Assembly: GCA_028826165.1 (NCBI GenBank)
Contig: JAPDFW010000063.1
Coordinates: 806,001-870,000 of the forward strand
DNA: 64,000 bases
Source: Anaeramoeba ignava BMAN
Lineage: Eukaryota > Protista > Anaeramoebae
Reading direction: 5' to 3'
A program made the position numbers and the translations under genes. Below, piece by piece: positions 34,401 through 46,400 of this stretch. The notes under the pieces were generated by a model. It did not search any database. It was not told where the DNA came from and was given only the letters and a program-made list of their open reading frames with translations. The number at the start of each line of letters is the position of its first letter. Position 1 is the first letter of the stretch.

Positions 34401-35026
34401 CAGAAGCAAATCCTGGTGGATTAAGTTTGATGCATCACAACATAGTTTCAAATGAACTACTTAGTCAAATTTGTTTTGATTTTGGATTTTACAAATTTAT
34501 AGTTGATTATAAAAATCAATCGAATTTCAATTCATTAATTTGGGAAGAAAATTTGGATCGGCAAATAATAAAAGAAAAAAATAATTCTCAATTTTTAAGA
34601 AAATTTTATGGAGATGTTTTAGAAGCCATTATTGGAGCAATTTTAATAGATCAAGATATTTTAACTGTTTGTGGATTTGTACAACGGTTTTTTATTAAAT
34701 ATCATCCAAAAGGAGAATTGATAAAAATGGAGCATCCAAAATCAATTTTATGTCATTATTCTCAATCAAAATTCGAACAACTTCCTCAATATATTCTTAA
34801 ATCAGAAAGAAAAGTTGGAAATGAAACTCTTTTCTGTTATGCTCTTTATATTTCTAATAATTTTATCTGTGAAACTTGGGAAACTTCAAGAAAAAAAGCA
34901 GAAAAAATTCTGGCAAAAAATGCAATTGAAATTTTAAGAAAAAAAGAAGAAAAAAATATTGGAATAAAAAAAGCAAAAGAATTATTTTCTTATCACAATA
35001 ATCGAGTTAGATTAGGAAAAAAATGA
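31484..35026 (+). CDS. Drosha/Dicer-like ribonuclease III: two RNase III domains + C-terminal dsRBD; no helicase motifs seen (intronless, 1180 aa)
   Basis: EALLHPS...NQRLEFLGDS...MLADGFEALFGA; IGVKFEN...YQRLEFIGDS...YGDVLEAIIGA; dsRBD HPKSIL...SRKKAEKILAKNAI. Confidence 0.9.
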   Translation: MNFDVIIENFGFWTFSLQNQKETSNSFIQKIQNTFNIKQPLFMFIFDDFSKNFFLIPKNYLLFNKFKSGQLILLSTKNLKNFQIEKNQNQFINENQFQNQFQNQFQNQFQNQNQNQNQNQNQNQFQNQFQNQFINENQNQNQNQFQFQNQNQFINENQFINQNQFINQFQLTIYKIKTNQKKVNQTSNLENLEKSENQIKLKFHYLITKNLNLPDVKINNDSQELIIEKIGSYNFSTKKLKEFQEFHKLCKSFQLKFENIKGIITKASHQQNVEPIYFIPCFQFGEEKYKNKENNKLQKNLSRIKSIIRNRTQIFKQITCQKMINQICKKYLVEISDLNFYGKEIQECLYNTKSSQIQNLGKQVSNKEKFIKRINSKYTVSDKELIKFNQVIKCAYEIQKRFSFYFVIGNSKNNIFLNSIFWKKTKDSNFLIKNSMDKQNIEEYCNKNWGVEKLKNSQLLFVLSSNSKISIRKRELERHILQNGKKILISKKIRTQQKIVMKEFVKKLSHQIIETTISNCVYKKQDEIANENITKIFGVFKRENQELIQQKLPYESKYKKMRVSVLVPCQILSYVSFLSSFRESLKHLYNLFYRFSPRITAITYNKYFKYRFGYTIKEDLLEEALLHPSMSSVLVFEKSNQRLEFLGDSVIGFLSSFHFLKSFPYAKEGDLTDNLKLFVSNKILIHFAKDIQLDSYLCFNYKQTELISNKTANNKMLADGFEALFGALFLSHGLFPCYDIFSRIVIRCKYLKEFYPEALLESWENLKCDEKKLGIDPNWRIDLNLKNDSFSKHDSFSKNDSFPEIDSFPEIDTFPETNSFSETNSFSKIDSISKIDSISKMDSILKKILTSNLNSHSVSDLILNSLLDDFKNSKLDLNSILSSISKSFLDYIFNSNSNSNSKSKSNSNSKSKSKSKSKSNLEKIIGVKFENINILREALTLPENTEINYQRLEFIGDSLLKFIISVHLYNSFPEANPGGLSLMHHNIVSNELLSQICFDFGFYKFIVDYKNQSNFNSLIWEENLDRQIIKEKNNSQFLRKFYGDVLEAIIGAILIDQDILTVCGFVQRFFIKYHPKGELIKMEHPKSILCHYSQSKFEQLPQYILKSERKVGNETLFCYALYISNNFICETWETSRKKAEKILAKNAIEILRKKEEKNIGIKKAKELFSYHNNRVRLGKK

Positions 35027-35328
35027 ATTAAAAAAAAATTTTATTTTATTTTTTATTATTTTTTTATTATTAAAAAATTATTTTTTTTTAAAAATGAAAA
35101 TGTCATTTTTTTTGTTTCCTTTTTTTTTTTTTTATTCATTTTAGTTACAAAAAAAAAAAAGATACAATTAAATAATAAAATATTTTTTAAAAGAAAAAAA
35201 AAATATAACAAGAGAAAAAAATTTTTTTCTTTTAATAACAAATTGATCATTTATTTGAAACAAAAAACAAAAAAACATTTACAAAAAAACATTTACAAAA
35301 AAACAAATTTAAAAGAAAAAAAACAAAA

Positions 35329-37886
35329 ATGACAACTCATGTTGGACCATATTTACTTGGTAAAACAATTGGCATTGGCAGTACAGGAAAAGTGAAACTT
35401 GGCATTCACAAAGAAACACAAGAAACAGTAGCAATTAAAGTGTTACCGAAAAAAAGCATAACACAAATGCCAGAAGTTATAAAAAAAATTGAGCGAGAAA
35501 TAGCAATTTTAAAATTATTAAATCATCCACACATTTTAAAGCTATACAACGTATATGAGACAACGAAGTACCTATTTCTTGTGATGGAACATGTTGAAGG
35601 AGGAGAACTTTTTGACTATTTAGTTTCAAAAAGAACAATATCTCATTCTGAAGCGTTATTTTTTTTCCAGCAAATTATTTTTGGATTGCATTATTGCCAT
35701 AAACATCATATTTGTCATCGTGATATGAAACCTGAAAATCTTCTTTTGGATAAAAATTTTCATATTAAAATCGCTGATTTTGGTATGGCTAATTTAATGA
35801 AACATAATTCTTTATTATCTTCTTCTTGTGGTTCTCCTCATTATGCTTCTCCTGAAGTTATAGTTGTAAATCTATTTATAAAATTAAATATAATTTAAAA
35901 TATAATTTAAAATATAATTTAAAATTAAATATAATTTAAAATATAAAATTAAATATAAAATTAAATATAAAATTAAATATAATTTAAAATATAATATTAA
36001 ATATAATTTAAAATATAATTTAAAATATAATATTAAATATAATTTAAAATATAATTTAAAATATAATATTAAATATAATATTAAATATAATTTAAAATAT
36101 AAAATTAAATATAAAATTAAATATAAAATTAAATATAAAAATTAAATATAATATTAAATATAAAAATTATTTATAAAATTATTTATAAAATTAAATATAA
36201 AATTATTTATAAAATTATTTATAAAATTATTTATAAAATTATTTATAAAATTATTTATAAAATTATTTATAAAATTATTTATAATATTATTTATAAAATT
36301 ATTTATAAAATTATTTATAATATTATTTATAAAATTATTTATTAAATTATTTATTAAATTATTTATAAATCTATTTATAAAATTATTTATTAAATTATTT
36401 ATAAATCTATTTATAAAATTATTTATAAAATTAAATATAAAATTAAATATAAAATTATTTATTAAATTATTTATTAAATTATTTATTAAATTATTTATTA
36501 AATTATTTATTAAATTATTTATTAAATTATTTATTAAATTATTTATAAAATTATTTATAAAATTATTTATAAAATTATTTATAATATTATTAGGGAAAAG
36601 AATATGATGGGTTTGCTGCTGATGCATGGAGCTGTGGAGTTATTTTATTTGCACTTCTTGCTGGAAGACTTCCATTTGATGATAGCAATATTAGGCGTTT
36701 ATTAGCAAGAGTTCGTTCTGGAATTTTCACTTTTCCAAAACATTTTCTTGAAGAAGAAAAAGATCTAATCAATAGAATGTTAACTGTTGATCCAGAAAAA
36801 CGAATTACATTAAAAGAAGTTCAAAAACATAAATGGTTTACTTCTAATTTTGCTTCTACTTATCAAGTTCCAGTTCCTCCTTTTGATTTATATCAAAATG
36901 AATCTATTGATCCAATTTTAGAAATGAATCCTGAAATTTTATTATTTTTAAAATCACTTGGATTTCAAGATCAAGAAAAATTGGAAAAAGCTTTGAAATC
37001 AAAAGAAATGAATATGGAAAAAGTTTTTTATCATTTATTTCAAATTAAGATTGAAAGAATGAAAGAAGAGGAAAAAAAATCAAATGAAAAATCAAATGAA
37101 AATCCAAATGTTAATTTAAATAATAATTTAAATGAAAATCAAAATGTTAATTTAAATGAAAAATCAAATGAAAATCAAAATGTTAATTTAAATAATAATT
37201 TAAATGAAAAATCAAATGAAAATCCAAATGTTAATTTTTCAACAAGATGGAATCCAATTCCAAAACCTTCAAATAATTATCAACAAGAAAAATTCGATGT
37301 AAATCAAACTAATTCTGTTAAAAATTTACCAACTCAACAAATTGAAATTGATGATCCATCATTTAGATATGATGAATTTTTTCCTTATGGAACACCAACT
37401 TTCCATCGATTTAAAATTACACCAATGTCTTCTTCTCCACAAATTACTACTGATAGTCCACAAACAAATTGGTTTGGAAGTTGGTTTACTGAAATTTCAC
37501 ATCAAAAAAAATTTATGAGTCAAAATTCATTTGATTCATTAGAAAATTTACAAACAGATCAAAATGATATTTCATTAGAAAAAATTTTTGTTGTTTCTAA
37601 AAAAGATTCTTATTATCGATTTTTAGCAAAAATTCAAAAAGCGTTGATATTAATTAATGTTAATTGGATTCATCCTCATGAATTTTCTTTTAGAATTCAA
37701 ATACCAAATAAACTTCATTTCGTTATAAAAATTCAAGAAGATTCTACTTTAAAAAATCGAAATTCAACTTTAAATCATCGAGCAATGTTTATTTGGAAAA
37801 ATGGAGATTTAAAATTATTTCAAGAAATTTCTCAAAAATTAATTAATATTTTAAAAAAGAAAAAAGGAAAACAAAATGAAAAATGA
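35329..37886 (+). CDS. CAMKL Ser/Thr kinase, BRSK/SAD-1/Hsl1-Gin4 type; intron 35866-36593
   Basis: [51 protein letters not shown]|GKEYDG...[21 protein letters not shown]; UBA-like region; GTPTFHR; KA1-like tail. Confidence 0.92.
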
Positions 37887-38240
37887 AAAATAAAAAATGA
37901 AAAATGAAATTAAGGATTGAAAGATTAAAAAATTTTTTGTTTTTGTTTTTGTTTTTGTTTTTGAATTTCAAAACAATTTGAAAATGAAAATAAAAATGGA
38001 AATTTAAAATTTGTTTTAAAATTTATTTATTTAGATTGTTGTAATTGTTTTTTATTGTTTATTTTTATTGATCAATTTACGTAAGATCCTTGAAAAAATG
38101 AGCTTAAAAGAGAAGAAAGAGAAGTAAAAAAAAATTTTTTTATCATTTTTTTTTTTTAAATTTTTTTTTTTCATTTTTTTCTTTAAAATTTAAATTTCAT
38201 TTTTTCTTTTGTTAGTGTGTGATTTTTTTTTTAACCAAAA

Positions 38241-41200
38241 ATGTCAGTTGCAGGATTTGATTTTGGAACAGAAAAGTCAGTTGTTGCACTTGCACAAAGA
38301 GGAGGAATTGATATTGTTACAAATGAACAATCTGAACGAGAAACAACGTAAGAAAAAAAAACAAAAACAAAAACAAAAACAAAAAACAAAAAACAAAAAA
38401 CAAAAAACAAAAACAAAAACAAAAACAAAAATTTTTTTTTCAACTTTTCAATTTGTTTTTGTTTTTGTTTTTGTTTTTAAAAGAGAAAAAAAAGACTTAA
38501 CATGGCATTAACAACAAAAACATTTTTTTTCCTTTTTCATTTTTTTCTTTCAAATTTTTTTTAGTTCAATTATAGGTTTTAATAATCACAAACGATTGGT
38601 AGGTTTTTCAGCAGCAGTTCAACATACTTCAAATGCAGATAGTACATTAGTTGCTATGAAAAGATTATTAGGAACAAAAATTGATGATCCTGATTTACAA
38701 GAACTTATTAAAAGATGGGATGTTAAAAATATAATTGCAGATGAAAATGGAGATTCTGTTTATAAATTTTTATATGGAGATGGAACTAAAACTCTTAGAT
38801 CTGAACAAGCTGCAGCAATAATGTTAACAAGATTAAAAGAGATTGCAATTCATAATGGAAGTTCTACTGATTGTGTTTTATCTGTAAGTTTTATTTTCGA
38901 AAAATTAAAATTCATTTATAAAATTAAAATTCATTTATAAAATTAAAATTAAAAATGAAATTAAAATTCAAATCAAAATTAAATTTAAAATTAAATTTAA
39001 AATTAAAATTAATATTAAAATTAAAATTAAAATTAAAATTAAAATTAAAATTAAATTTAAAATTAAAATTAATATTAAAATTAAAATTAAAATTAAAATT
39101 AAAATTAAAATTAAATTTAAAATTAAAATTAATATTAAAATTAAAATTAAAATTCATTTATAAAATTAAAATTCATTTATAAAATTAAAATTAAAATTAA
39201 AATTAAAATTAAAATTAAAATTAAAATTAAAATTTATTTATAAATTTAAAATTCATTTATAAAATTAAAATTAAAATTAAAAATTAAAATTAAAATTAAA
39301 AATTAAAATTAAAATTTATTTATAAAATTAAAAATTAATATTAAAAATTAAAATTAAAATTAAAATTAAAATTAAAATTAAAATTAAAATTAAAATTAAA
39401 ATTAAAATTAAAATTAAAATTAAAATTAAAATTAAAATTAAAATTAAAATTAAAATTAAAATTAAAATTAAAATTAAAATTAAAATTAAAATTAAAATTA
39501 AAATTAAAATTAAAATCAAAATTAAAATTAAAATTAAAATTAAAATTAAAATTAAAATTAAAATTAAAATTAAAATTTAAAATTCAAATTAAAATTAAAA
39601 TTAAAATTAAAATTAAAATTAAAATTAAAATTAAAATTAAAATTTAAATTAAATTTAAAATATAGTACCCCATTTATTACACTGACAAACAAAGATGTGC
39701 ACTCAGAGACGCCGCTCAAATTGCTGGACTTAATGTAATGAAAATGATTAGTGAACCAACAGCAATAGCAATATCATATGGATTCCCTAAAAGAAATTTA
39801 CCAGAATCTACAGAAGCACCATATCACGTATGCTTTGTAGATTTTGGAGCAACACAAATCTCAGCAACAATCGTCGCATTTCATCAAGGAAAAATGAACA
39901 TTCTTTCAACAGCATTTGACAGCAGTTTTGGAGGATATTCAATTGATAAAGTTGTTTATGAACAAATATGCCAAATCATAGAACAGAAATACAAGATTGA
40001 TACAAAAACTCTCCCAGCACGATATAGAATCAGACTTTTAAACAGCTGCGTGAAATTGAAATTAAGCATGAGCTCTGTTCCTATGACACAATTCTCACTG
40101 GATTCATTTTATCAAGATAAAGATATTCTTCTCAAATTCAAACGCGAAGAATTCGAAGAGATAATTGCACCCACAATACAAACAGCAATTGACGTAGTTG
40201 AGAAAGCAATTACTCTATCGAATTTGAAAAAAGAAAGTATTGATGCAGTTGAAATTGTTGGAGGATCTTCAAGAATCCCACTTTTCAAACAGAAATTAGA
40301 AGAGCTTGTGGGGAAACCACTCTCGAGAACATTAAATGCAACAGAATGCATTGCTCGTGGGTGTGCGTTCCAAGCAGCAATCACAAGTCCGTTATTTATG
40401 GCGAAAAATTTTGAATCGAAGGATATTTATCCGTATCCCATTTCATTGTATTGGACAACCGACAAAGATAATATCACAAACATAGACACCCTTGCACCAA
40501 TACAGGACAAACCGCTTCTTCTTCTTAGGCCATTCCAACCCATCCCTATTCTCAAAGAGATCAAATTTCACCGACGAAATCCCTTCCAATTACAAGCTCG
40601 GTATTCTGACCATAAAATCTCACCTTCAAAAAATATGAAACATTTGCAACACGACCCAATCGGATTTTATTTTATTAAGGACCTTCCAAATTTAGCTGAT
40701 GAAAACCAAAAAAATCTTGTGAAAGTGCGGTTTGAAATTGATATGTATGGGATTTTCCGTTTTAGAAGCGCAATTGTCGAACAAACTTATTACGAAGAAG
40801 TGCCAAAAAAGAAAGAGGAAAAGAAAGAAGAAAAAAAAGAAGAACAGAAAACTTTTGCAGTTTTGAAAGAAGAGTTCAAGTTTGAGGATATTGTTGTTGA
40901 AAAAGACACACGAGTTCTTGTTGTTGATCAAACAGATCCAGAAAACACAAAAGTGAAGCATGGCGAGAAAGAGCTGAGTATTCCTTCAGGTTTATTGGAA
41001 GTGGAAGTGAGTATGGAGAATAACGAGGAGCCAAAAGAACCTGAAATGGAGAAGGTCAAGCGAACAAAGCAAATCCAATTAGCATGCGAATGCATTGAGA
41101 ACGAAATGAAGTCTGACAAAATTGGCAACTTGATTCAAGAAGAATTCCAGATGCTTCAGAATCACAACCAAATTGTTGAAACGGAAAATGCCAAAAATGA

Positions 41201-41948
41201 TTTGGAAACTTATTCATATACACTTCGTGATGGATTGGAGTATCAATGGACAGACTATGTTTTACAAAAAGATGTTCAACCGTATTTACAAACTGTTAAT
41301 GAGATTGTTGATTGGCTTTATGGAGATGGATTTGATACCACAAAGGATGTTTATTTGAAAAAGCTTTCCCATTTGAAATCAATTGGAGAACCAATTCAAA
41401 AACGCAAAATGGAATTTGAAATTCTTCCTGAAAAAATCAACGAATTTAATTCTGTTGTTGTTGAATATGCTTTGAAACTCGAAAACAAATCTGAGTATGA
41501 ACATATCAAGCAAGAAGATCTGAATAAAGTTGTTTCCAAATGTCAAGAAACTAAACAATGGATTCTTGATTCTTTCGAGACTTTGAAAAAATCTCCAAAA
41601 ACACAAGATTTGTCTTTTAGTTCTCAAACAGTTGATTATAAGATGATTGAATTTAAGAAGTTTTGTGATGATATTCTTAATCAACCCAAACCAAAACCAA
41701 AACCAAAAGAAGAAGAAAAGAAAGAAGAAGAAAAGAAAGAAGAAGACAAAAAAGAAGAAGAGAAGAAAGAAGAAGACAAAAAAGAAGAAGACAAAAAAGA
41801 AGAAGAGAAGAAAGAAGAAGATAAGAAAGAAGGAGATATAAAAATAGAGATAAAAGAAAAGAAAGAAGAAGATAAGAAAGAAGAAGAAAAGAAAGAAGAA
41901 GAAAATAATCCAAATATGGATGTTGAAAATGAAACAACTAAAAATTAG
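38241..41948 (+). CDS. HSPA4: Hsp110/Sse1-type Hsp70 nucleotide-exchange chaperone. Exons 38241-38347, 38565-38883, 39666-41948
   Basis: MSVAGFDFG...RGGIDIVTNEQSERET; VEIVGGSSRIP; LSRTLNATECIARGCA; AKNDLETYSY; WLYGDG. Confidence 0.92.
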
Positions 41949-42252
41949 ATTCAATTCAAAATTCAAAATTTAAATTCTTTTTTAAATTCTTTTTTAAATT
42001 CTTTTTCAATCAATAAAGAAAATTTAGATTTTTCATAATTAAAAAAAAAAACTAAAAATTTCTTTTGTTTTCTCTTATTTTATTATTTTGATTTGTTTTG
42101 TTAAATTTGATTCGAAAAATTTGATTTAATTTGATTTGATTTTGTTCTTCTTAGAAAAAAATTTTAAAGAAAAAGAAACTTAAAAAAGGAAAAGAAAAAG
42201 AAAAAAAAAGTTTGGAAAGAAAAGAAAAGAAAAAAAAAGTTAATCTTTGGAT

Positions 42253-43189
42253 TTAAAAGCCTTGGACATCAATTGAAACGCCAACAGAATGAGAACTAAG
42301 ATCCTTGATTGACTTGCAATTAATGCCAACAGATCCATTAAGTTTAACATTATCTAAGGGTTTTGCAGAGAAGTTAAATTGAAAGAGAGCATTTTTATCG
42401 ACTTTTGATTTGATAAGGAGATTGTCATTAACTTTTCTTTGAACACCTAATTGGGCGTTCCAAGTTTTTTTGTCAGTAAGATAATTAGCATCAAGAGCAA
42501 CTGAAGTAAGGGGGCAAATTTGGGCCGCTAACGAACCACCCAAATTTTTTGCGAAATCATTTGCATGTAATTCGAGGGCAAACATATCGTTTTCAATTTG
42601 GGATTTGAAATTCAAGTTTGAAAGTTTCTTTGTTTTTAAACTGCAATCTCCATTTGTTTGGATTGCAAAATGTTTAATTGCGGTTCCAAGTGAGATCTTT
42701 GTTATTTGAGAAAAAATGTCATGATTAAGTGATGTTGATAAAAATTTGTTGTTGAATTCAATTTGTGCTGTTGCTTTTTTTGGATGTTGTGCTTGAACTA
42801 CTAATTTGAAGTCGTTTAAAAACGGATAGGTAGCTGTCAATGTCACATTCTCTTTTTTTTGTGTATCGTAATTGGCTAATAATTTGACAAAGACGTTGAA
42901 GAATTCTTGGCAAAATTCAACTGCAACGTTTGAACTCACTGTCTTGGGCTTTTGGAGTTTAGATGTCATTTGAAATGAAACTCCTTTGAAAATTTCTGAT
43001 TTGACTGACATTGATTGGTTATAATCAAAACCATCCAAAATTCCTTTTGATTTGACTCCAATTTTGTTTGAAAGTGGTGAATTCCAAGCAAGTTGTTGAA
43101 TTAAACTTAAATAAATAAAAAGAAAAAGAAATGAATAAAAATATTTTGATTTGAAAATTGTATTTAATTTTTTTATTTATTTACTTCAT
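42253..43189 (-). CDS. VDAC: Divergent mitochondrial-type porin (VDAC). Exons 43189-43185 and 43105-42253
   Basis: N-terminal helix SPLSNKIGVKSKGILDGF, alternating beta-strand pattern, IKSKVDKN, C-terminal beta-signal SHSVGVSIDV; ~285 aa. Confidence 0.75.
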
Positions 43190-43435
43190 GATGAATTGGA
43201 TTTTTTAATTAAAATTTAATGAAATAAAAAAATGAAATTATTTTTTTTTTAATTAAAAAATTTTTTTTTGTTTTTTTTTTATATTTTTTTTTATATATAT
43301 ATAAAAATATTTATATATTAATTTATATATTTTATAAATAATATCTTTTTATTATTTTTTTTAATTTTTTTTAATTTTTTTTTTTCATTTTTTCTCTTTT
43401 TCTATTTTTTAATTTTGAAATTTTTAATAAAAGAA

Positions 43436-46400
43436 ATGGATAATTCAGATTTAAAACTTTTTGAAAATCTTTTAGTTAATATACTTTCTTCAAATAATCA
43501 ACAAAGAATAGAAGCAGAAGAAAAATATCAAGAAATTTTTGATAATAATACAGATCTTTGTTTATTTTATTTAATACAAATTATAGAAACTTCAGAAATT
43601 CAAAATGTAAATATAAATATAAATATAAAATATATAAAATAAATTATAAATATAAATATAAATATAAATATAATTAAAAATATAAATATAATTATAAATA
43701 TAAATATAAATATAAATATAAATATAAATATAAATATAAATATAAATCAAAATATAAATATAATTATAAATATAAATATAAATATAAATATAAATATAAA
43801 TATAAATATAAATATAAATATAAATATAAATATAAATATAAATATAAATATAAATATAAATATAAATATAAATATAAATATAAATATAAATATAAATATA
43901 AATATAAATATAAATATAAATATAAATATTAATATAAAAATACAAAATAATATAAAATACAAATATAAATACAAATATAAATATAAATACAAATATAAAT
44001 ATAAATATAAATATAAATATAAATATAAATATAAATATAAATATAAATATAAATATAATTAAAAATATAAATATAAATATAAATATAAATATAAATCAAA
44101 ATATAATTAAAAATATAAATATAAATATAAATTTAAATTAAAAGATTCGAGAGTTAGCTTTAATTCTTTTAAGACAATCTGCTTTAAAAATTTCTCCAAT
44201 AAAAAATGAAAAATATTTTGAAACTGTTTCTGAAGAAACCAAAATGCAAATAAAAAAACATTTATTAGAAAATATTGAAAAACAAACAATAAGATCAACT
44301 CAAAAGAAAGTTTGTGATGCTATTGCTGCAATTGGAACAAATGAATTAAAAAAAGGTAAACTAACAAAAATTAAAAATTAAAATTAAAATTAAAATTAAA
44401 ATTAAAAATTAAAATTTAAAATTAAAATTAAAATTTAAATTAAAAATTAAAATTAAAATTAAAATTAAAATTAAAATTAAAAATTAAAATTAAAATTAAA
44501 ATTAAAATTAAAATTAAAATTAAAATCAAAATCAAAATCAAAATTAAATTTAAAATTAATATTAAAATTAAAATTAAAATTAAAATTAAAATATAAATTA
44601 TTTAAAATTAATATTAAAATTAAAATTTAAAATTAAAATTAAAATTAAAATTATAATATATATTTTAGGTACATGGACTGAATTAATTCCGACTCTTTGC
44701 TCAATTTATCCAAATGCATCTCCTATTCTTCAAGAAAATATTATTTATATATTTGAACAATTATCGATATACACAACAGAATCACTTTTACCATTTGATG
44801 ATAAAATAATCGAAATATTAACACATTCAATTCAAAAAACAATGAAAATTGATATTCGAGTTGCAGGAGTAAAAGCAATATCAGCTTATTCCATTTCTTT
44901 AAAGAAAGATTTTAGAAGAAAATATCAAAATTTAATTCCAGAAATGTTAGAAACACTTAAAGATTGTTTTAGTATAGGCGAATTTGAATTTGGATCAGAA
45001 TGTATTCAAGAATTTATTGAAATTAGTGAAATTTTACCCATTTATTTTGATAATTATCTTGAAAATGTTGTTGATACAATGCTGATAATTTCAGATTCAA
45101 ATGAAATTGATGAAAATATCCTTATATATTTTTTAAACTCAAAATAATTCAATTCAATTTAATTCAATTTCTTTTTTTTAATTCAATTTCTTTTTTTTAA
45201 TTGGAAAAAAAAATGTTGTTTTCTTTGATTAATATATTTACAAATTCGTCAAATTTCTTTAGAATGTTTAGTTATACTTTCTCAAAAATTAAAACGAGTT
45301 ATGAAAAAAATACCCAATTTTCTTGAAAAGATTATACCAATTGGATTAAGATTAATGACACAAATAGAAGATGATCCTAATTGGCAATCATCAATAGTAA
45401 ATTAAAATTAAAATCAATATTAAATTAAAAATTTAAATTAAAATTAAAATTAAAATTAAAATTAAAATTAAAATTAATATTAAAATTAAAATTAAAATTA
45501 AAAAAATTAAAATTAAAATTAAAATTAAAATTAAAATTAAAATTAAAATTAAAATTAAAATTAAAATTAAAATTAAAATTAAAATTAAAATTAAAATTAA
45601 AATTAAAATTAAAATTAAAATTAAAATTATAATTAAAGACAACGCAGACAGAAGTGACAAGTTCAGATATTGGAGAATCAGTTATTGATCGATTATCTTT
45701 ATGTTTTCATGGGGATTTAATAGTACCAATAGCATTTCCACTAATTTCTGAATTACTTGATTCAGGGGATTGGAAATACATATATGCAGGACTTTTAGGG
45801 ATAACATCAATAGGAGAAGGAAGCAAAGAAAGAATATTAGAAGATTTAGGATCAGTTGTTGAAAAAATCATACCATTTTTTAAGCATGAAAATGCAAGAG
45901 TGAGATTTATTGCGATCACAACAATTGCGCAAATGAGTATTGATTTCTCTCCCTATCTCCAAGATGATTATCATGAGCAAATCATCCCTGCTATTCTTTA
46001 TGTTCTTGATGATAATGATTTTCCAGTTATTCAATCTAGAGCTGCGACAACTATTGTTAATTTTTGTACTGATTTTAGTTCTTCTGTTATGGATTTGTAT
46101 TCTAGAGATCTTCTCCAGAAATTGGCTCATCTTCTTCAATCTAATAATATTTCTGTTCAAGAACAAGCTATTACTGCTATTGGTGCAATTGCTAGTTCTA
46201 GTAGTGAAGGATTTTCAGAAGTACAATTCAATATCCAATTTAAATTTAATTCAATTTCAATTCAAATTTCAATTCAATTCAATATTTAATTTAATTTAAT
46301 TCAATTTAATATTCAATTCAATATTTAATATTCAATTCAATATTCAATTCAAATTCAATTCAATATTCAATATTTAATTCAATTCAATATTCAATTCAAT

